Positions 10,384 to 24,120 of a stretch of 64,000 nucleotides of DNA are shown here, one piece after another. How positions within the stretch are numbered: the first letter of the stretch is position 1; every line of letters starts with the position of its first letter. The stretch comes from Paraphysomonas bandaiensis (taxonomy: Eukaryota; Protista; Chrysophyceae). The DNA lies in assembly GCA_965644295.1 (NCBI GenBank), contig CBFFRP010000089.1:76359-140358 (forward strand). The letters are read 5' to 3'. A model generated the notes under the pieces. It was not told the DNA's origin and searched no databases. It saw nothing but the letters and a program-made list of their open reading frames with translations. A program made the position numbers and the translations under genes.

Positions 10384-13300
10384 TTAAAATATACCCCACT
10401 TCTGAGCATTTTTTCTCATTTTCTCCTTGTGGGCTTGAGAATTGGCTTTGTATTTCTTCGCTTCAATTCCAAAATCTTCCATTTTTTTATTGAGTCTGTT
10501 TATTCTCTCGCCCCTTTCTTCAAAGTTCTGCCGCGTTTCATCTAAGGTCACCTTTGTGCGCGCAGCTGTTGATGACGCGTTTCGAGCCTCATCTCTCGAT
10601 ATTTTGTATCCTTCTTCTTCGCCTTTCACTTTATCGTTTTTCCGAGAATTAAAAAGCTCATCTTTTTGATGTTGCTCGTAGGTTTTGGCAAACAGCTTAT
10701 CCAGGTCAACCGGGGAGCCCATGAGAAAACTAGCTCTTCTCTTACTTTTCCCCTTGTTTCCTACACTCTCAGACTCTCTCTGTACGTTCATTAGCTGTGC
10801 TGAGTCCGGTGGGCTCCACATGGTAGATGCCCGGGATGGGGTGGCAGCGGTTGGTAAATACTCCGAATTTAACGGGGCCGCGGAGAATATCATGTTGCCG
10901 CTACATCCAATAAAGGTATTCCCGTTCGCAAGGATATATGCCGAGTGTACATTGTATGGCTCGGTCATTACCTGGGGTAGTGCATCAAATCGACTTATCC
11001 CATGACCGCTCTGTAAAGAAAGAAAGTACATGTCTGCGGTTTCATCAACGCATGCGAGAGCACAAAGAGGTGAAGTCCAGAAGCGAGTTGCGTCTTCAAT
11101 GTAAGATACCACAGAAGCAGTAACAATTGGGGCAGCAGCTACGGGACGTGAATAAACCCCACCACATCCAGGTAGACTCAAACCAGTAGGAGTGGATCGA
11201 CAAAACTGTGCGATCTCACATCTGCGCATTGACTTACCTTGCACAAAGACGACGTACTTTGGAGCCGTTATGGGAGGAGGATCAGTGGGCTTTGTGTGGG
11301 GTGGCGCGGCATAAGTATCAGAGGAATTGCGTTTGAACTTTTTCATAAAGGACGACGCAGGAGGTGCGGAGGATATGGGAGCGCCACTCTTTCCACCCGA
11401 TCCAGTAGAGCTTGCGGAGTCGTGTGCCGACACAGACGTCGGCTTTGACTTGGAGCCATCACCACACTTGGGAACATCAGTTATGACCTCAAACTTTGAG
11501 TTAATGACACACGCAAAAGGGACCCCATATTCAGTATCGTCATCATCATCCGTGTCGTATACACAAGAAGAGACGGCCATAACCTCAAGACTAGATGAAT
11601 GAAGTACAGCGACGTGACCTGATGCATACACTACATACACGCCGGGCTGAAGGTCGACATCCTTCCAATACGGCGCATGAAACATATAAAGTACACTACC
11701 ACTCGCCCCGATGTGTTCTAACGCATTCACTCGCACAAGATCTGAGCTGTCCCAATTACATTTGGCAAACACAGCACCGTCACGTGTTCCAACAAATAAT
11801 TCAGCACCAGCTCCACCCACCACGGCACATGTGACAGACTGGTTCACAGTGCTCCGCAACCGTTCTTGGGCAGATTTAGTATCAGGACTAGTTTGATCTG
11901 TATCCCACACTACCACACCACCACTATCATCTCCACATATGAGAAGCGAACCAGAATAACTGATGTACGTCACTTCTGCGTTCCCACACTTCAGAGCGGT
12001 AAGTGGGACCCAACAATTCCCCCTCGAGCAATCACCACTGTTTCGGGGTGGCAGACACACGCCCCATGCTATTATACTCCTATACAAAATATTACCGATA
12101 CACATACCACAGTATATACATACGCACCCGTCAGCATGACCCACAAACACAACGTCCATAGCATCTGTGTCTCCCCGCTCACCACTGGCAAGAGTTAGCT
12201 CCCAGGTTGCAGCAGTTTCTGCCAGTGTCTCAAAGTTGGTCAACGTTACACACACGTCCTTAAAGAAATCACGGGCAGACAGACGCCGGGTAGAATTTCG
12301 GCTAGTGCTCGTTCTAGAACTCAAAAGTGCACCAGGTGCCTCGTCATCAGAGTCCGATCCCTCAGGTGGTTGGCAAACAGCTGGTGCTGGAACACTATCG
12401 CTGGACCGCTCCATCGAAGTAAACGCTGAAGCCAACGACGAAGAGGGGAGACAGGCCGAAATAAACTACATATTGCACAATACGTTATTAAAGAGTTCGT
12501 AATACAAAGAGCAGACTACCGTGACAGGGGCCTTTCCAGGAAGAACCTCCAGAGCGGGTCGGGGATCAGGAAGGATTCCCATCTCCAACTCCCATTCTGA
12601 CACATTCCCAACCGGACACCTCATTACCATCAATTCACGAATAAATTCACGATCCTCACACTCGCTCTCAGTTAAAAGCAGCAAGCCTGGAACCGCAGCT
12701 ATCCGATTCGATGAGTTTGGAACGATAAATTGCAGCCAAAAGTACTCACCAGGCGAACTAGACTCTTTGTCCCAGGTAGGGGCTAGACGAAATCCCACGA
12801 CCTCAGCGTTTGGTAGTGGCGGCACAGTAAATATTGTTTTCATGTCTCCTGCACATGGACAATCACGTTATCAAATTGATAGTACGGCATCACTCCTACC
12901 GTGAGAAGATGGAAGCAAAGCAACGATGACACTCTTGGCATGATCCATATCTGCCCCAAGGGATCCTAAAAGCAAACCAGTGCAGATCATGCCGCATGTC
13001 ATAATTCACAGGAAAGTACATACCTATGAGCACGAAGAGGCATCCTTCTTGCGTTGGTGACAGCGGCGGCATCCAATGCATCTTTCGCACTATCATAGTT
13101 TCATCTGCCCGAACATCATCATCACTGCCATCATCCTCCATCATCTCAGATCGCGTATTCCAAACCGTGACGGAAGAAACTTTATCCAACCCTAATACGA
13201 GTACATCTCCAAGTCGAGTTCCAGCAAACAACATGTCGCCGTTGTGATTAAAAGCAGCTGTTGTAATTCCAGCGGTCTTGTAAACCCGATAACTTCTTCG

Positions 13301-14257
13301 TTTAGCTAAGTCATACACTACCACCGCCCCTACAGACTCGTCATCCACTCCATCATACGCAATCAGTAGGTACTTCTCATCCTACAAAAACAGAAAGAAT
13401 TAGAATAAAATGTTCAGCATATATTGGAATAAAAAGTAGTTCAAGGTATCGGTACGCTAAAGAAAAGTCGCAACAACAATCACCTTCGGGCATATCTGCA
13501 GGTCTGAGACAGCCATGTGCCCCCCAACTCCAGCATCTGAACAGGTAATACAGTACTCGACTTCCCTAAATTCTGGAAGCACCTGAAGTACACGTACATA
13601 CCCTTCTGTTGTTCCCAAATAAGCGTAATGTCTGGGGTGATATTCATCAATGTGAATAGTAGTGATGTCGCCACACGCCTCATTTAGCCAGGAAGCAGGC
13701 AGGTGGTGAGAAAGGGTAAGGCTTGGGATCATAAACACAGATAGAGAGTTGTCTGCAAACCTGACCAATATATTCTCATCGTACGCCGAAACAATGTGCG
13801 TGATGTCCATCTGTTCAGCAGCGGGTTGAACGTATTGGAACCCGTCACCATAAGCATACAGCGCCCCACACTCCGTGCCCATTACGATTAGACCCTGCAC
13901 AGCAAAACATCAATGACCACAACAATAATTGACTTAGGATAGTATTACAGTAGGGTGATGATAAAGTACAACGTTTGCATCTGGCGGCCATCCCTTCCCG
14001 CCGCCCAACTCCACATCAAAAGACAATTCACTACATATCATATGAGATATCAGCCGCAATAAGACTCCGAGCAGTTACATCAGTTTCTCTTCAACTATTT
14101 CATCTTCAACACTCTCTACTTTACTATTAGACGCACTCGTCGCTTCAACAACCGACTCATTAGAAGATTTGGTATCATTGTGTCTCTCTGCGGGTGTGTG
14201 TTTAGGCTCTAGAGGCCCTTTACCTGGACGCTGTTGTCCGCCTGGTTTATTTCCCAT
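10384..14257 (-). CDS. tomosyn/Sro7/Lgl-family WD40 protein with C-terminal R-SNARE motif (multi-exon)
   Basis: N-terminal Lgl/tomosyn-like QGLIVMGTECGALYAYG and beta-propeller-like repeats. C-terminal TLDETRQNFEERGERINRLNKKMEDF has the zero-layer Arg and no TM anchor. Successive ORFs are linked by short introns. Confidence 0.85.
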
Positions 14258-14860
14258 AATCTCACTCGATTAGATGTTCGACAGGTATATGATAATGTGG
14301 AGTAGTGTTATGGTGGTTGTATGACGGGGTATTGTCGAGTAAGAGTGTATGTGTGGGGAGGAGTATACTGATCTATGAATGATATTGACAGAGGAGCGAG
14401 TTCATGTGCTGCTCATGCTCATGTACAGCAGTACAAGTACATACATAGTACACAGTACTGTCTGTACATACACGTTCTACAGCAGTACAAGGGATGCCTG
14501 TATATACAGTATCCCATCAGCAACATTTCATATCGACACTTGTTTTTGTCCATATCAACATACAAAAAAAAGGTACAAGAATTATGTGTAAGATGGAATA
14601 TACTTAATTCTCCGATTTTCTATTTCTTTAGTGTCAAAATTACCTTCTTTGTGATATCCACAGTAAAAAACTAATAATGTCATGGTTTTGCAAGTTTAGA
14701 GTCTGGCATTTTATATAAATATTAGGTATTTTGTGGTCGTGTCATACTCCTGTATGTCGAAGACAACAAGCAGTGTACCTTGTGCAGTGAGGTGTGTCAT
14801 GAGTGCTACATTATCAGCATCAGCTCTATCGTGAATGTGCGATAGATAGTATAGAACACT

Positions 14861-17800
14861 ATGGTTAGTGTTGTTTCATTTATGTTTCATGTATTGCTCA
14901 TAGCTGGTGTTGTTACTCTCACTGTAAACTGTGACGATGACATCGAAACAGAGATACCGAAAACAACAAGAAATGAGTTCAATCAGTTCTTGTCCTCGAT
15001 GCCTAATGGAGTATTGAGTGCTCCTTTAGAAGATGAAGAGATATTACTCGACTTGATTGATGCGTATAGTCGAGAGAAGAGCAATATATTTCCATATGAA
15101 ATGTTCCATGTGCATGAGAGAGAGGCCAGTGCATGGTATTCGGATATTGAAGTTGATGTCCACACTGGTGTGGCTTTTCTTGGATTTCCAGATAATACAC
15201 TTCCTCGATTTCGTGAGCTCTGGTTTAATGAGCTTATGCGATCAGATAAGTTAGTTGGTTTAGTGGGAACCGCTGATGATATTATGCATGCGCCTGGTCG
15301 TGTCAGTGTCAAGCACCACTTTCATTTAGTAGATACTAGTTTTCATGCTGACGATGCTATCCAGAAGTACATAAGTAAAATTGCTAGAAAATCAGGGGAC
15401 GACTTTGGCGCAGAATATTATATTAATGCGTGGGAAATGGAACATGCCCTCCAATCGATGAAGGACATTATTCTCCGCCCTAACCATGGGCGTGGTGACG
15501 TAAAGGAGAAACCTTCTGTCATGATATTTGTCCTGAACCTAGCTGGAATACTGGATGGGGCCTCTTACACCTACGTAAATGGGTTTTCCCCTGGCGATAT
15601 GGAGCTTCTTCGTCAATGCCCCGAATGTCGTGAGCTTGCTGGTCAGGTACTCCGCAGTCTTCCTGCTTCCACTAGGCGAGTGGTGGACGCAAACTCCACT
15701 CACCTGTCTCTTGGTGATCCGGTATCTCTTAAAGATTTAGAGCCAGCAGCTCCTGCTCCTGTTGAACCGAATTCATGGGACTATTGGGCGAATGAAGATC
15801 AGCAGCCAGAGAAAGAGCACGACGGAAAATTTGAGGTAAACGAAGTCCGCTCGAGTAAAGCGTGGGCTAGATCTTTTGTGGATAGTATGGACCGCAGTGA
15901 ATATGTAAGATTTTGTTATTGTGTACGTATCTGAATTAATCAGTGTTTTCTAGAGTTTGGAGAAGCGAGTGCTGAACATACTCCGTAATAACAATGATGA
16001 CCCTGTGTATGATATATACCGCCACGAACTCGCTCGTAGTATAATTACTCGTGATTCTATGATCACGGATGTTCTTCCTCCTAATTCTTCAGGGAAAAAA
16101 ACTTTTAGTAGTCATTGCACAGCGGGAACGTGGGCTGGGAGTTTGGGAAGTGTGTGGTTGGATCTTCAGGCAATTGAAGGTGAGGTGTTATTTCAAAGTA
16201 TTTAGTGGTAAAGTACAAATGCAGATGCGCCTGTAGCGGATCGTGGAGGACTTCTGCATGCACATAATGTATCTCAGTGGAAAACTGCCCTTAGTGCGGA
16301 TGAGCTTCAGAAACAGGGAAGCACAACTAATGCGCAAGGGTCCGACTTCCGCCCTCAGGAGAGTGCACAGGAGCTTGACGGTCTTCGTCGATCTCTGTCG
16401 CAGCATTTATCACATTGCAATACCCTATTAGAGCATCTACACTGCTCTCACATACGGTCAGTTTCTGAGTTCTCTGTTTCTGCTCCTGCTGCCACCCGTT
16501 TGCAGCATTTTGTTGAAATCGCGGCTGTTGTTAGTGATAACGTCGAAAGCGGAGAATTACATGATCACTGTGCTATTCTAATTCTCCAAAAAGCTTTGGT
16601 GGAGATTGTTCTGGAGGTGTCCGCGCACCTGGAAGTCTTAATTTCGGATAGTCTTTCTGCACAACATAACCAGGAGTGGGATGTATACTACAACGATGCA
16701 ATAAACTTCCACAATAGGATACTTTCCGAAGCACTCGAGGTTTCGAATATGTTTGTTGGAAAAGGCCACTTTTCCAGGCTTGGGTTTGCCTCGGAGGAAA
16801 CTAACCACGCTGTGGCACGTCTGGCGAATATTGTATTGCGGACAACTCGACAACTAGTGTCACGCCCTGTGGACCTTCATCCGGCCCGCCAGTTGTTCAA
16901 TTCTCCGCGACACGGTACGCTATACATTGTTAACCTATACTCGACCCAATATATGTTCACAGAATGGACACCTCCATCTCAGGCAGTAAAAATTGCAAAG
17001 ACTGGTGGGCCTGCCAGTGATATTATGGACACTATTCATGCTTCACTCGCTGCTTCTCGCTATTCTTACAGTCTACCGTCTGGGAGTGACAAAGAAGAAA
17101 ACCACGAAGACTGGAGAGTTATGCTTCCACCAGTATATATTCCAAAGCACATCGATGTCGAGGTCTTCGTTCTCGTCGCACAGGATTCCTATTCGCCCAT
17201 TGGTATGGAAATTTTTATTGGTGCTTTATATAATGGAATTATGGCTTACAGATGACATGGAGGGCTTCAATATGAGAATGTTTTCTGCACAAATCGAACG
17301 GTTAAAGCTCCCCAATCAGATGATGACCATCACTGTTCATTCGATATCTGCTCAAGAGGAACCGTCCGTGTACCTGGGCATATCCAGTTGTCGTCGATAT
17401 AGCACTCAGCATGGCCTTGGAGAACATATGCATCACCTCTCCAGCGACTGCATTTGGCGGCACCTCCAGCACTCGGACGAGGTGGCAGAGAGTCTACACG
17501 AGGATAGTGGAATAAATGAGAAGTATCCGAATAAACAGCACCTGGTATGATTCCTGTGATTTGTACCCATATATGTATTGTGTAATGGAGACCGTAGGCT
17601 GTGTTTTTGATTTCGGTGGATTATGGGGATCCCATTTATTTGTCAAGCGAGGGGGACGATGTGCTGCATCAATCCGTTGCTTTCGGAGATTCTATCTTAC
17701 TGGTACAAAACCCACACACCGCAGTGCCAGGTGGATACACGTGTCGGGGCAGACCAGTATATACGTCGCTTCGAAATCCTCTTGGTGTGGCACTGGAGTC

Positions 17801-18507
17801 AGTTGGCAGTGCAATATTAGGCCTGTCCGGAGGAGATGAATCTATAAACCCACTCTCCGGTGTTGGAGCGAAGCAGTCTAGCCATGATAGAACAGCACTG
17901 TCCTGTGGATCCTCCCCTTTCTTCAGAGGAACAGCGGGTGCGAGCCCGCAGTTCAGTGAATTTGACTTGGTATGCGCGTGATACTGTAGCAACTGTTTGA
18001 ATTTTATTATATGTTTTAGATAAACGGACAGCGAATGCGAATATTACGCTCTATTGACTACATCGCCGATCTTGCCAATAGGAACTACATGGATATCGCT
18101 TATCATAGAGAGTACCGCCTGGGTGACGAAGACACACATGAATTCATCACGAAGGTTTGATATGAATTTGACAACATGCTAGACTAGTGTTTTAAACAGA
18201 ATTTTGTTCTGGTTAGGCTATCGAAGCTGTGCATGATTTTGACTGGGCTAGAGCTGCTGCAATATCGAACTCGCTGCTGAAGAGTGTGGACAGCCACCGA
18301 GGAATTGTTGATGAATTTCTTAAACGCAATCTGAATTTTGCTGGTAGAGACGAAACTGCAAAAGCTACAAATGAAGTGTCTGGCACTTCTGCTGAGGCAT
18401 GGAAGTTATTATTTGTATTGATAGCATCGACTGTAGGCTCGGGAGTAGTCACGTATGGCCTGTTGATTGTATTTAGTGTTGTTCTTCAGCAGACGAAACG
18501 GAAATAA
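14861..18507 (+). CDS. uncharacterised type-I membrane protein resembling the plant At5g58100-like family (multi-exon)
   Basis: Signal peptide and C-terminal TM helix plus KRK tail. Motifs C..GTWAG..SVWLDLQA, HQSVAFGDSILLVQ, LRNPLGVAL and SCGSSPF..SEFD recalled as similar to that family. Confidence 0.6.
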
Positions 18508-18611
18508 TAATGTTATTAATGTTACGCTGTTGTTGCTCATGCAAGAACGATTGTAAGAATTGGACTGTGTTTGTGCATTAATATTACCACAATCATACTA
18601 TATATATGTAT

Positions 18612-18722
18612 CAGGGCCTGGTAACCTTTAATGGTAATGCCATTATAATTGCCGGGACATTTTTCATTAATGCCATTATAATTGACGGGAACTGGACTAC
18701 CATTAATGGTTACCAGGCCCTG
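18612..18722. mobile_element. 111-bp hAT-type MITE (second family)
   Basis: TIR CAGGGCCTGGTAACC(T/A)TTAATGGTA; perfect 8-bp TSD ATATGTAT; internal direct repeat TAATGCCATTATAATTG(C/A)CGGGA twice. Confidence 0.92.
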
Positions 18723-19254
18723 ATATGTATTACTTTACTAGAATTAGTACGAACTACTGCAATATGCAATGTAAGCAAAGTAAATTTTCTGGTTATGAGA
18801 ATGTGGTGGTGTACACTTTCGCAATGAATGAACTCTAATGAGTGTAGTATGTAGGACACGTTATTAATGATTACCCGATCCAGCATTCCGTTGGTGTTAG
18901 GTGAACTATTGAATACGTGATAAGGAGTACACTAAATACTTGGTTATTTTTTTGTGAGTATTAGTATTAGAAGACGTCAAATTTTACATTTTGAGGCCCT
19001 TGTCCTACCTCTTCTAGGCATGAGTGGATTTCAATAGGTATATAGTGGTTAAAGTGTAAAGGAATAGTGCTTCCAGATGGCTATATATATCAAATGATGA
19101 CTACACTCAACGCGCTAGGCACTCTGCTTCTAAGGATACAATAGTGGTATCTTAGCTAGGTCGAGTAAAGGGAGCATAAGCATTGTTAGAATTATTATAG
19201 TCAGCCAATGTCATCAAAATAATAGCTTCAACACTACCAACACAGGGTATGTAT

Positions 19255-19693
19255 CTAGGACGCTTGCTGCTTCTGCTGTCTGCGCATCATTGCTTCCCTC
19301 TCAGTCTGGGTCATAATGCCATACTTTGCTTTGAATGCCTTTGTTTCAGCGTCTTTAGTCTTCAGATTATTTTCTAGAGTTTCAGTAATTTGAGCTATCT
19401 GTTAATTTAACAGTTATGTAGCAATGCATATGAAGTCATTAACGTACCCCTTCAGCATTCCGCGTAACTGTCGGTAAAACTTCACCGACAGTTCTTTCAA
19501 CGAGAACACCCCCTACTAACCGAAACGCCTTTCTTTCGGGCTCTAGTTTCGACAGAGTATCAATCACAAGTCGATGTTCGTCTTTCTCCAGGGTTAACTC
19601 TTGCAGCTTAGCAGATATTTGTTGGCACTCGGCATTCATCTGTTTGTACCTGTTCACAATTTCTTCCGGGTTCTGATCGTTAAATGCAGCCAT
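19255..19693 (-). CDS. PFDN2: prefoldin subunit 2
   Basis: EHRLVIDTL..LEPERKAFRLVGGVLVERTVGEVLP; one short intron; ends FKAKYGI...QQAS*. Confidence 0.95.
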
Positions 19694-20348
19694 ATTTCTG
19701 AAAAATCTGGCTAACACACTCTGCGGAACTTTACAGGCTTCAGATGTATATAATGCCCAGTCTAGTTACTATTATCTCTATCAGTACATGTCTGCTCTAT
19801 GCATTCACGCACTGCTCCATAAAAAACACAACCACTGACTATGCGGTATACACATACACACAGCAGCAGTGTATTCCCTCTGTATTTTATGACAAACCAT
19901 GACAAAAAAAACATACCTACACACACAGAGTACGAGCACGAACTGAAAAAATATTAAAAAGAGACAAAAACGGACAGTACCCGGACTTCGCACGTGGTCA
20001 CCCACCGTACTACTAACCGGGCCAGATGCAACTTAACTTCCGCGAGCGGAACGAGAGCGGGTGCGGTTTGCATTGTATGACCGTCCATACCGACTAGACC
20101 TGATTTTACATATAGAAATACAGTATTCCATGGTATTTGTACATAATATACTGTAGGGATACAGTATACTGCTGTATAATATGCAATCACTGTAATCTCA
20201 GTTTGTTGCGCTGTTTGATACACATGCATAACAAGCAGTCAGTCAACTCTGCCTATATCGCCTATATCGCCTATACTAGTCGAAAAACTTAGAGAGCTTT
20301 TGAAGCACTGTTGTTTTAGAAATACTATAGCAATTTTTCTTTTTACTG

Positions 20349-20711
20349 ATGACAGAAGAAGCTAAAATTACAGTTGCCGCGGCAAAACGCAGCCCGAATG
20401 ATTTCTTAAAACAAGTTCTTGGCAGGCCTGTTGTTGTGAAATTAAATTCTGGCGTAGAGTATCGCGGTATGTGGTTGGTTTATTCCCTATCCGTAATGTC
20501 ACATATTAGCGGTAGGTATATTGGCTTGTCTGGATGGGTTCATGAACATTGCAATGGAGCAAACAGAGGAGTATGAAGACGGACACCTGAAAGCTCGTTA
20601 TGGGGACTGTTTCATCCGTGGAAACAATGGTACTCATTATTATGATAAATTATTCTGGTGTAATGATTTTGTATAGTTCTATTTATAAGCACCGCCAAAA
20701 CGAGGAGATAG
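20349..20711 (+). CDS. LSM6: U6 snRNA-associated Sm-like protein LSm6
   Basis: PNDFLKQVLGRPVVVKLNSGVEYRG|ILACLDGFMNIAMEQTEEY..YGDCFIRGNN|VLYLS; two short introns. Confidence 0.93.
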
Positions 20712-22215
20712 TGTAGCGATGTCAGTGAAGGTTCCATCTCTGAGGTCGCTTTTCAGTTGCGCAATCGACCCAGTAGTGCGTAATAATCATAGCTTGTAGT
20801 TAACAGTGACTTCAAAGATAATTTTAATTAATTCGTTACATATGTCATACTTTGTCGCAATCGATTGTTGTTAAGCTATTACCGCTGTGGCATTACATCG
20901 CCAAACATGTTGAGTAATCATTCTTATCTCTTACTATCGTTTATTCGCTCAAGTATCACACAAGCTCGATTAAATGTCAACCCGGAAATATATACCAATC
21001 AACCATCAGTTTTCTACTTACATGTACTAGGTACTAGGAACAACAAGGTACAGGGTGTATACGTTTATACAATTTTATTTTACTAGTACTTCGTCGTCTA
21101 CATTCACGCTGCATTGATCGTTACATTAGTCGTTACGGTTGACTCTACTCCTAGCAACTCTAGCAATGTACAAAGTGAGAAATATGTTGTAAGTTATATC
21201 CCCAATGTTATGATGCTATTCTTACTTTTGTACAATAAAAATATGCAACTGTAAACTGTAAATACGACTAGTTGAGATCGAAACGTGTAGAATAGGAGTC
21301 ATGGTTTAATATGGTTGCTGTTCTGCATTTATTACCATTTCCACAGTATAGAAGAATGCGCTACTTATTGATATCTGTGCTCAGTTGAGGACCGTACACT
21401 CTCGAATTCATTAATTGAAATTTAGTGAGAAGTTACTTATTATTTGTACATGGTCTATCACTTTTCGTATTTACCCGTCGTGCTATTCATCATGAATTTA
21501 ATGACATAGCATATCACCAATATATTAACAAAATCATGACTATAACTAGTACGATAATTATGTAGAAGCGAAATAGGTAAGCACTCTCACACTCTTAATA
21601 TTGCAGGCGAAATAATATACACTATGAACGTGTCACTATGCGTATTTTCTCTGAAGAAATATTGCTCCAAATATATATGTCCCTACTACTGTTACTATGA
21701 TTAGTATTAATTTGTGGAGTTCGAAATCTCTCAGTAAACTCTTTCGATAGTAATCAATAACAACACCGTCCAGTCATTGAACAGCAGGGTTCAGTTACCA
21801 GGGAGACTGAGATATTTACTTTCTGCGGACATGATAGTAGGAAGAGAGTAGCTGCTCATACATCTAGACGCATGCTCCACATGATTCATATTCAAAATCC
21901 ATTTAAAGTACATGTCAAGCTCTCTATACTGCACTTCAGAGACTAGCTATATGATGATTCCTTTGTACAGGTTTGTAGATATTGATAGGCGCTTTTCAGG
22001 AATTTATGTACTGTTTTATAGGGTATTCTGATTTCTTACCTATTTTGAACCAAAAAAACTACTATATATCGGCGATTTTGATGATCATATACAGCAGTAT
22101 ATGGTATATACAGGAACAGTGGATAGGCAGGTGATACCAGGTAGAGAGGAGCGAGGTGTTCTGCTGACATACTTTACGATAACAGGCACACTACTCTGTT
22201 GTTTGGTTGATTCTT

Positions 22216-23395
22216 ATGGGCGACACCATGAGCGGGACGGAATGGAGTTTTGTTAAATATCACGGTCTCGGCAATGACTTCATTATGATCGATCACCGGC
22301 ACACAGAGGCTCTTATGATATCTCATCAGCAGAGTGCAGCGCTGTGTGATAGACGACGCGGAGTAGGCGCTGATGGGGTCATATTTGCTCTTCCGGGATC
22401 GAATGTATGGCCCTTATGCATTCATAGAGCAGCGGTAGTGCTCATTTTGTCCTGTAGGGGTGCAAGTATACTATGAAGATGCACAATGCAGATGGATCTG
22501 AAGCCGAAATGTGTGGTGCGATATGACTTGTCCATGCTAATCATGTCGATTAAATTTAGAATAGGTAACGGAATACGGTGCTTAGCCCTGTTTTTAAAGG
22601 ATTTGGAGAAATTGGAGAGCGAGGAGGATATAACTTTTGACATTTGGACACTTGCTGGAAGAATGGTAGTGCAGGTGAGCACATGTAAAGGTGCTTAGAT
22701 TATATAAAGTGGATATCCCTAATGAAACACTACAATTTAAATTGCGCTGTATTGAATTTTTTTTTTATCGTTAGATTGATTTACATGGCATGATCACCGT
22801 GGATATGGGTACACCGAAACTCAACCCGTGGAGTAAAAAGACAGATATTTTTATAGACAGCTGCTGTAGTTTCCCCACGCATTTATGTCATGGTGAATAT
22901 GCTGTAACGGATGTATCCATGGGTAATCCTCATGCTGTGAGTTCTTCGGCTTTACGCATATCTTATGTAACCATGCCTGTTTCATTAGGTTGTGTTTGTT
23001 CCTAGACTTGAGGCGTTTCTGCCCATATTTGAAAACGAAGGTCGTGCCCTTAGTGAGCACAACATATTTCCCGATGGTGCGAACGCAGAATTTGTGCAGG
23101 TGCTTTGAATAAAATGATTAATATATAGGGTAGCAGTGATGTCGTGGTGTAGGTTCATTCTAGACAACACATTGAGCTTGTCGTGTGGGAGCGTGGATCA
23201 GGCCGTACACTGGCTTGTGGTACAGGGGCTTGCGCTGCGGTAGTTGCTGCCGTAGTCAGGGGGTACGTCGATCGAACCTGCAGAGTCACCCTTCCAGGAG
23301 GTGATCTCGACATACACTGGAAAAATGAGGACAGCCACGTGTACATGAAGGGCCCAGCGGTTGAAGTTTTCCGAGGATCGCTAAAAATACAGTAA
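22216..23395 (+). CDS. dapF: diaminopimelate epimerase (multi-exon)
   Basis: [19 protein letters not shown] (across an intron), SMGNPH and [17 protein letters not shown]; both catalytic Cys present. Confidence 0.95.
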
Positions 23396-23924
23396 AATCA
23401 TATTCGTACTATAGTTGTTTAATTATTTCTAGTAGAAGCCCTAAGTGTGATTCTTGTAATGTATTCCGTAAAAGATAAATTATATACAACGCAACATTTA
23501 CTTGTGATTGGTTTTAGTTCTTGTGTCCTCTTTCATTCTTGAAGTCGAAATTGTTTACTAGATAGAAAGGTTTCGTTTGTCTAAAAATATCTTATCCACA
23601 TTTAGTCTCAAAAAAAGCTTTTCGGCTAAACATAACGCTCATATTAGCACCGCGATATTATAGATTATAGACATTCAACTTCAATATTCGGTTCGAACAC
23701 CAGAAACTCTCTTCTATGTTAATTATGATATTAGCAGCCATTGGTATATGACTTCATTGTAATACACAAATATAGAGAAACCACAATGGTGAGTCAACTA
23801 TCAAATGTTGTTTTCATCCTTCTTCTTATGTAAAAGGTCATAATGATCTTGAAGTCAGCAGATGTCAGGTATATCAACCTTCTACTTGCTCAGCGTTTGC
23901 TTTGAGTAACAGAGTAAAAGTACG

Positions 23925-24120
23925 AAAGTGGTTGCACCTTGGTGCTTGTGGTGACGCACAAGCAGCTTTTACAGCGCTAAATAGTAGGGTATCAGAGTTA
24001 AGCACTGACTCTTAAACGCCGATTGAGACGTTCACTACTATGATACAAAAGTGCTAGTTAGCTAAATTGCAATGCTACATTAGTTCTGACTCTTAAACGC
24101 TTATTGTTAATAATAAAATC
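23925..24120 (+). mobile_element. 3' fragment(s) of the retroposon family (copy F), with duplicated tail
   Basis: GTGGTTGCACCTTGGTGCTTG..GACGCACAAGCAGC..TAAATAGTAGG; tail GACTCTTAAACGC occurs twice. Confidence 0.8.
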
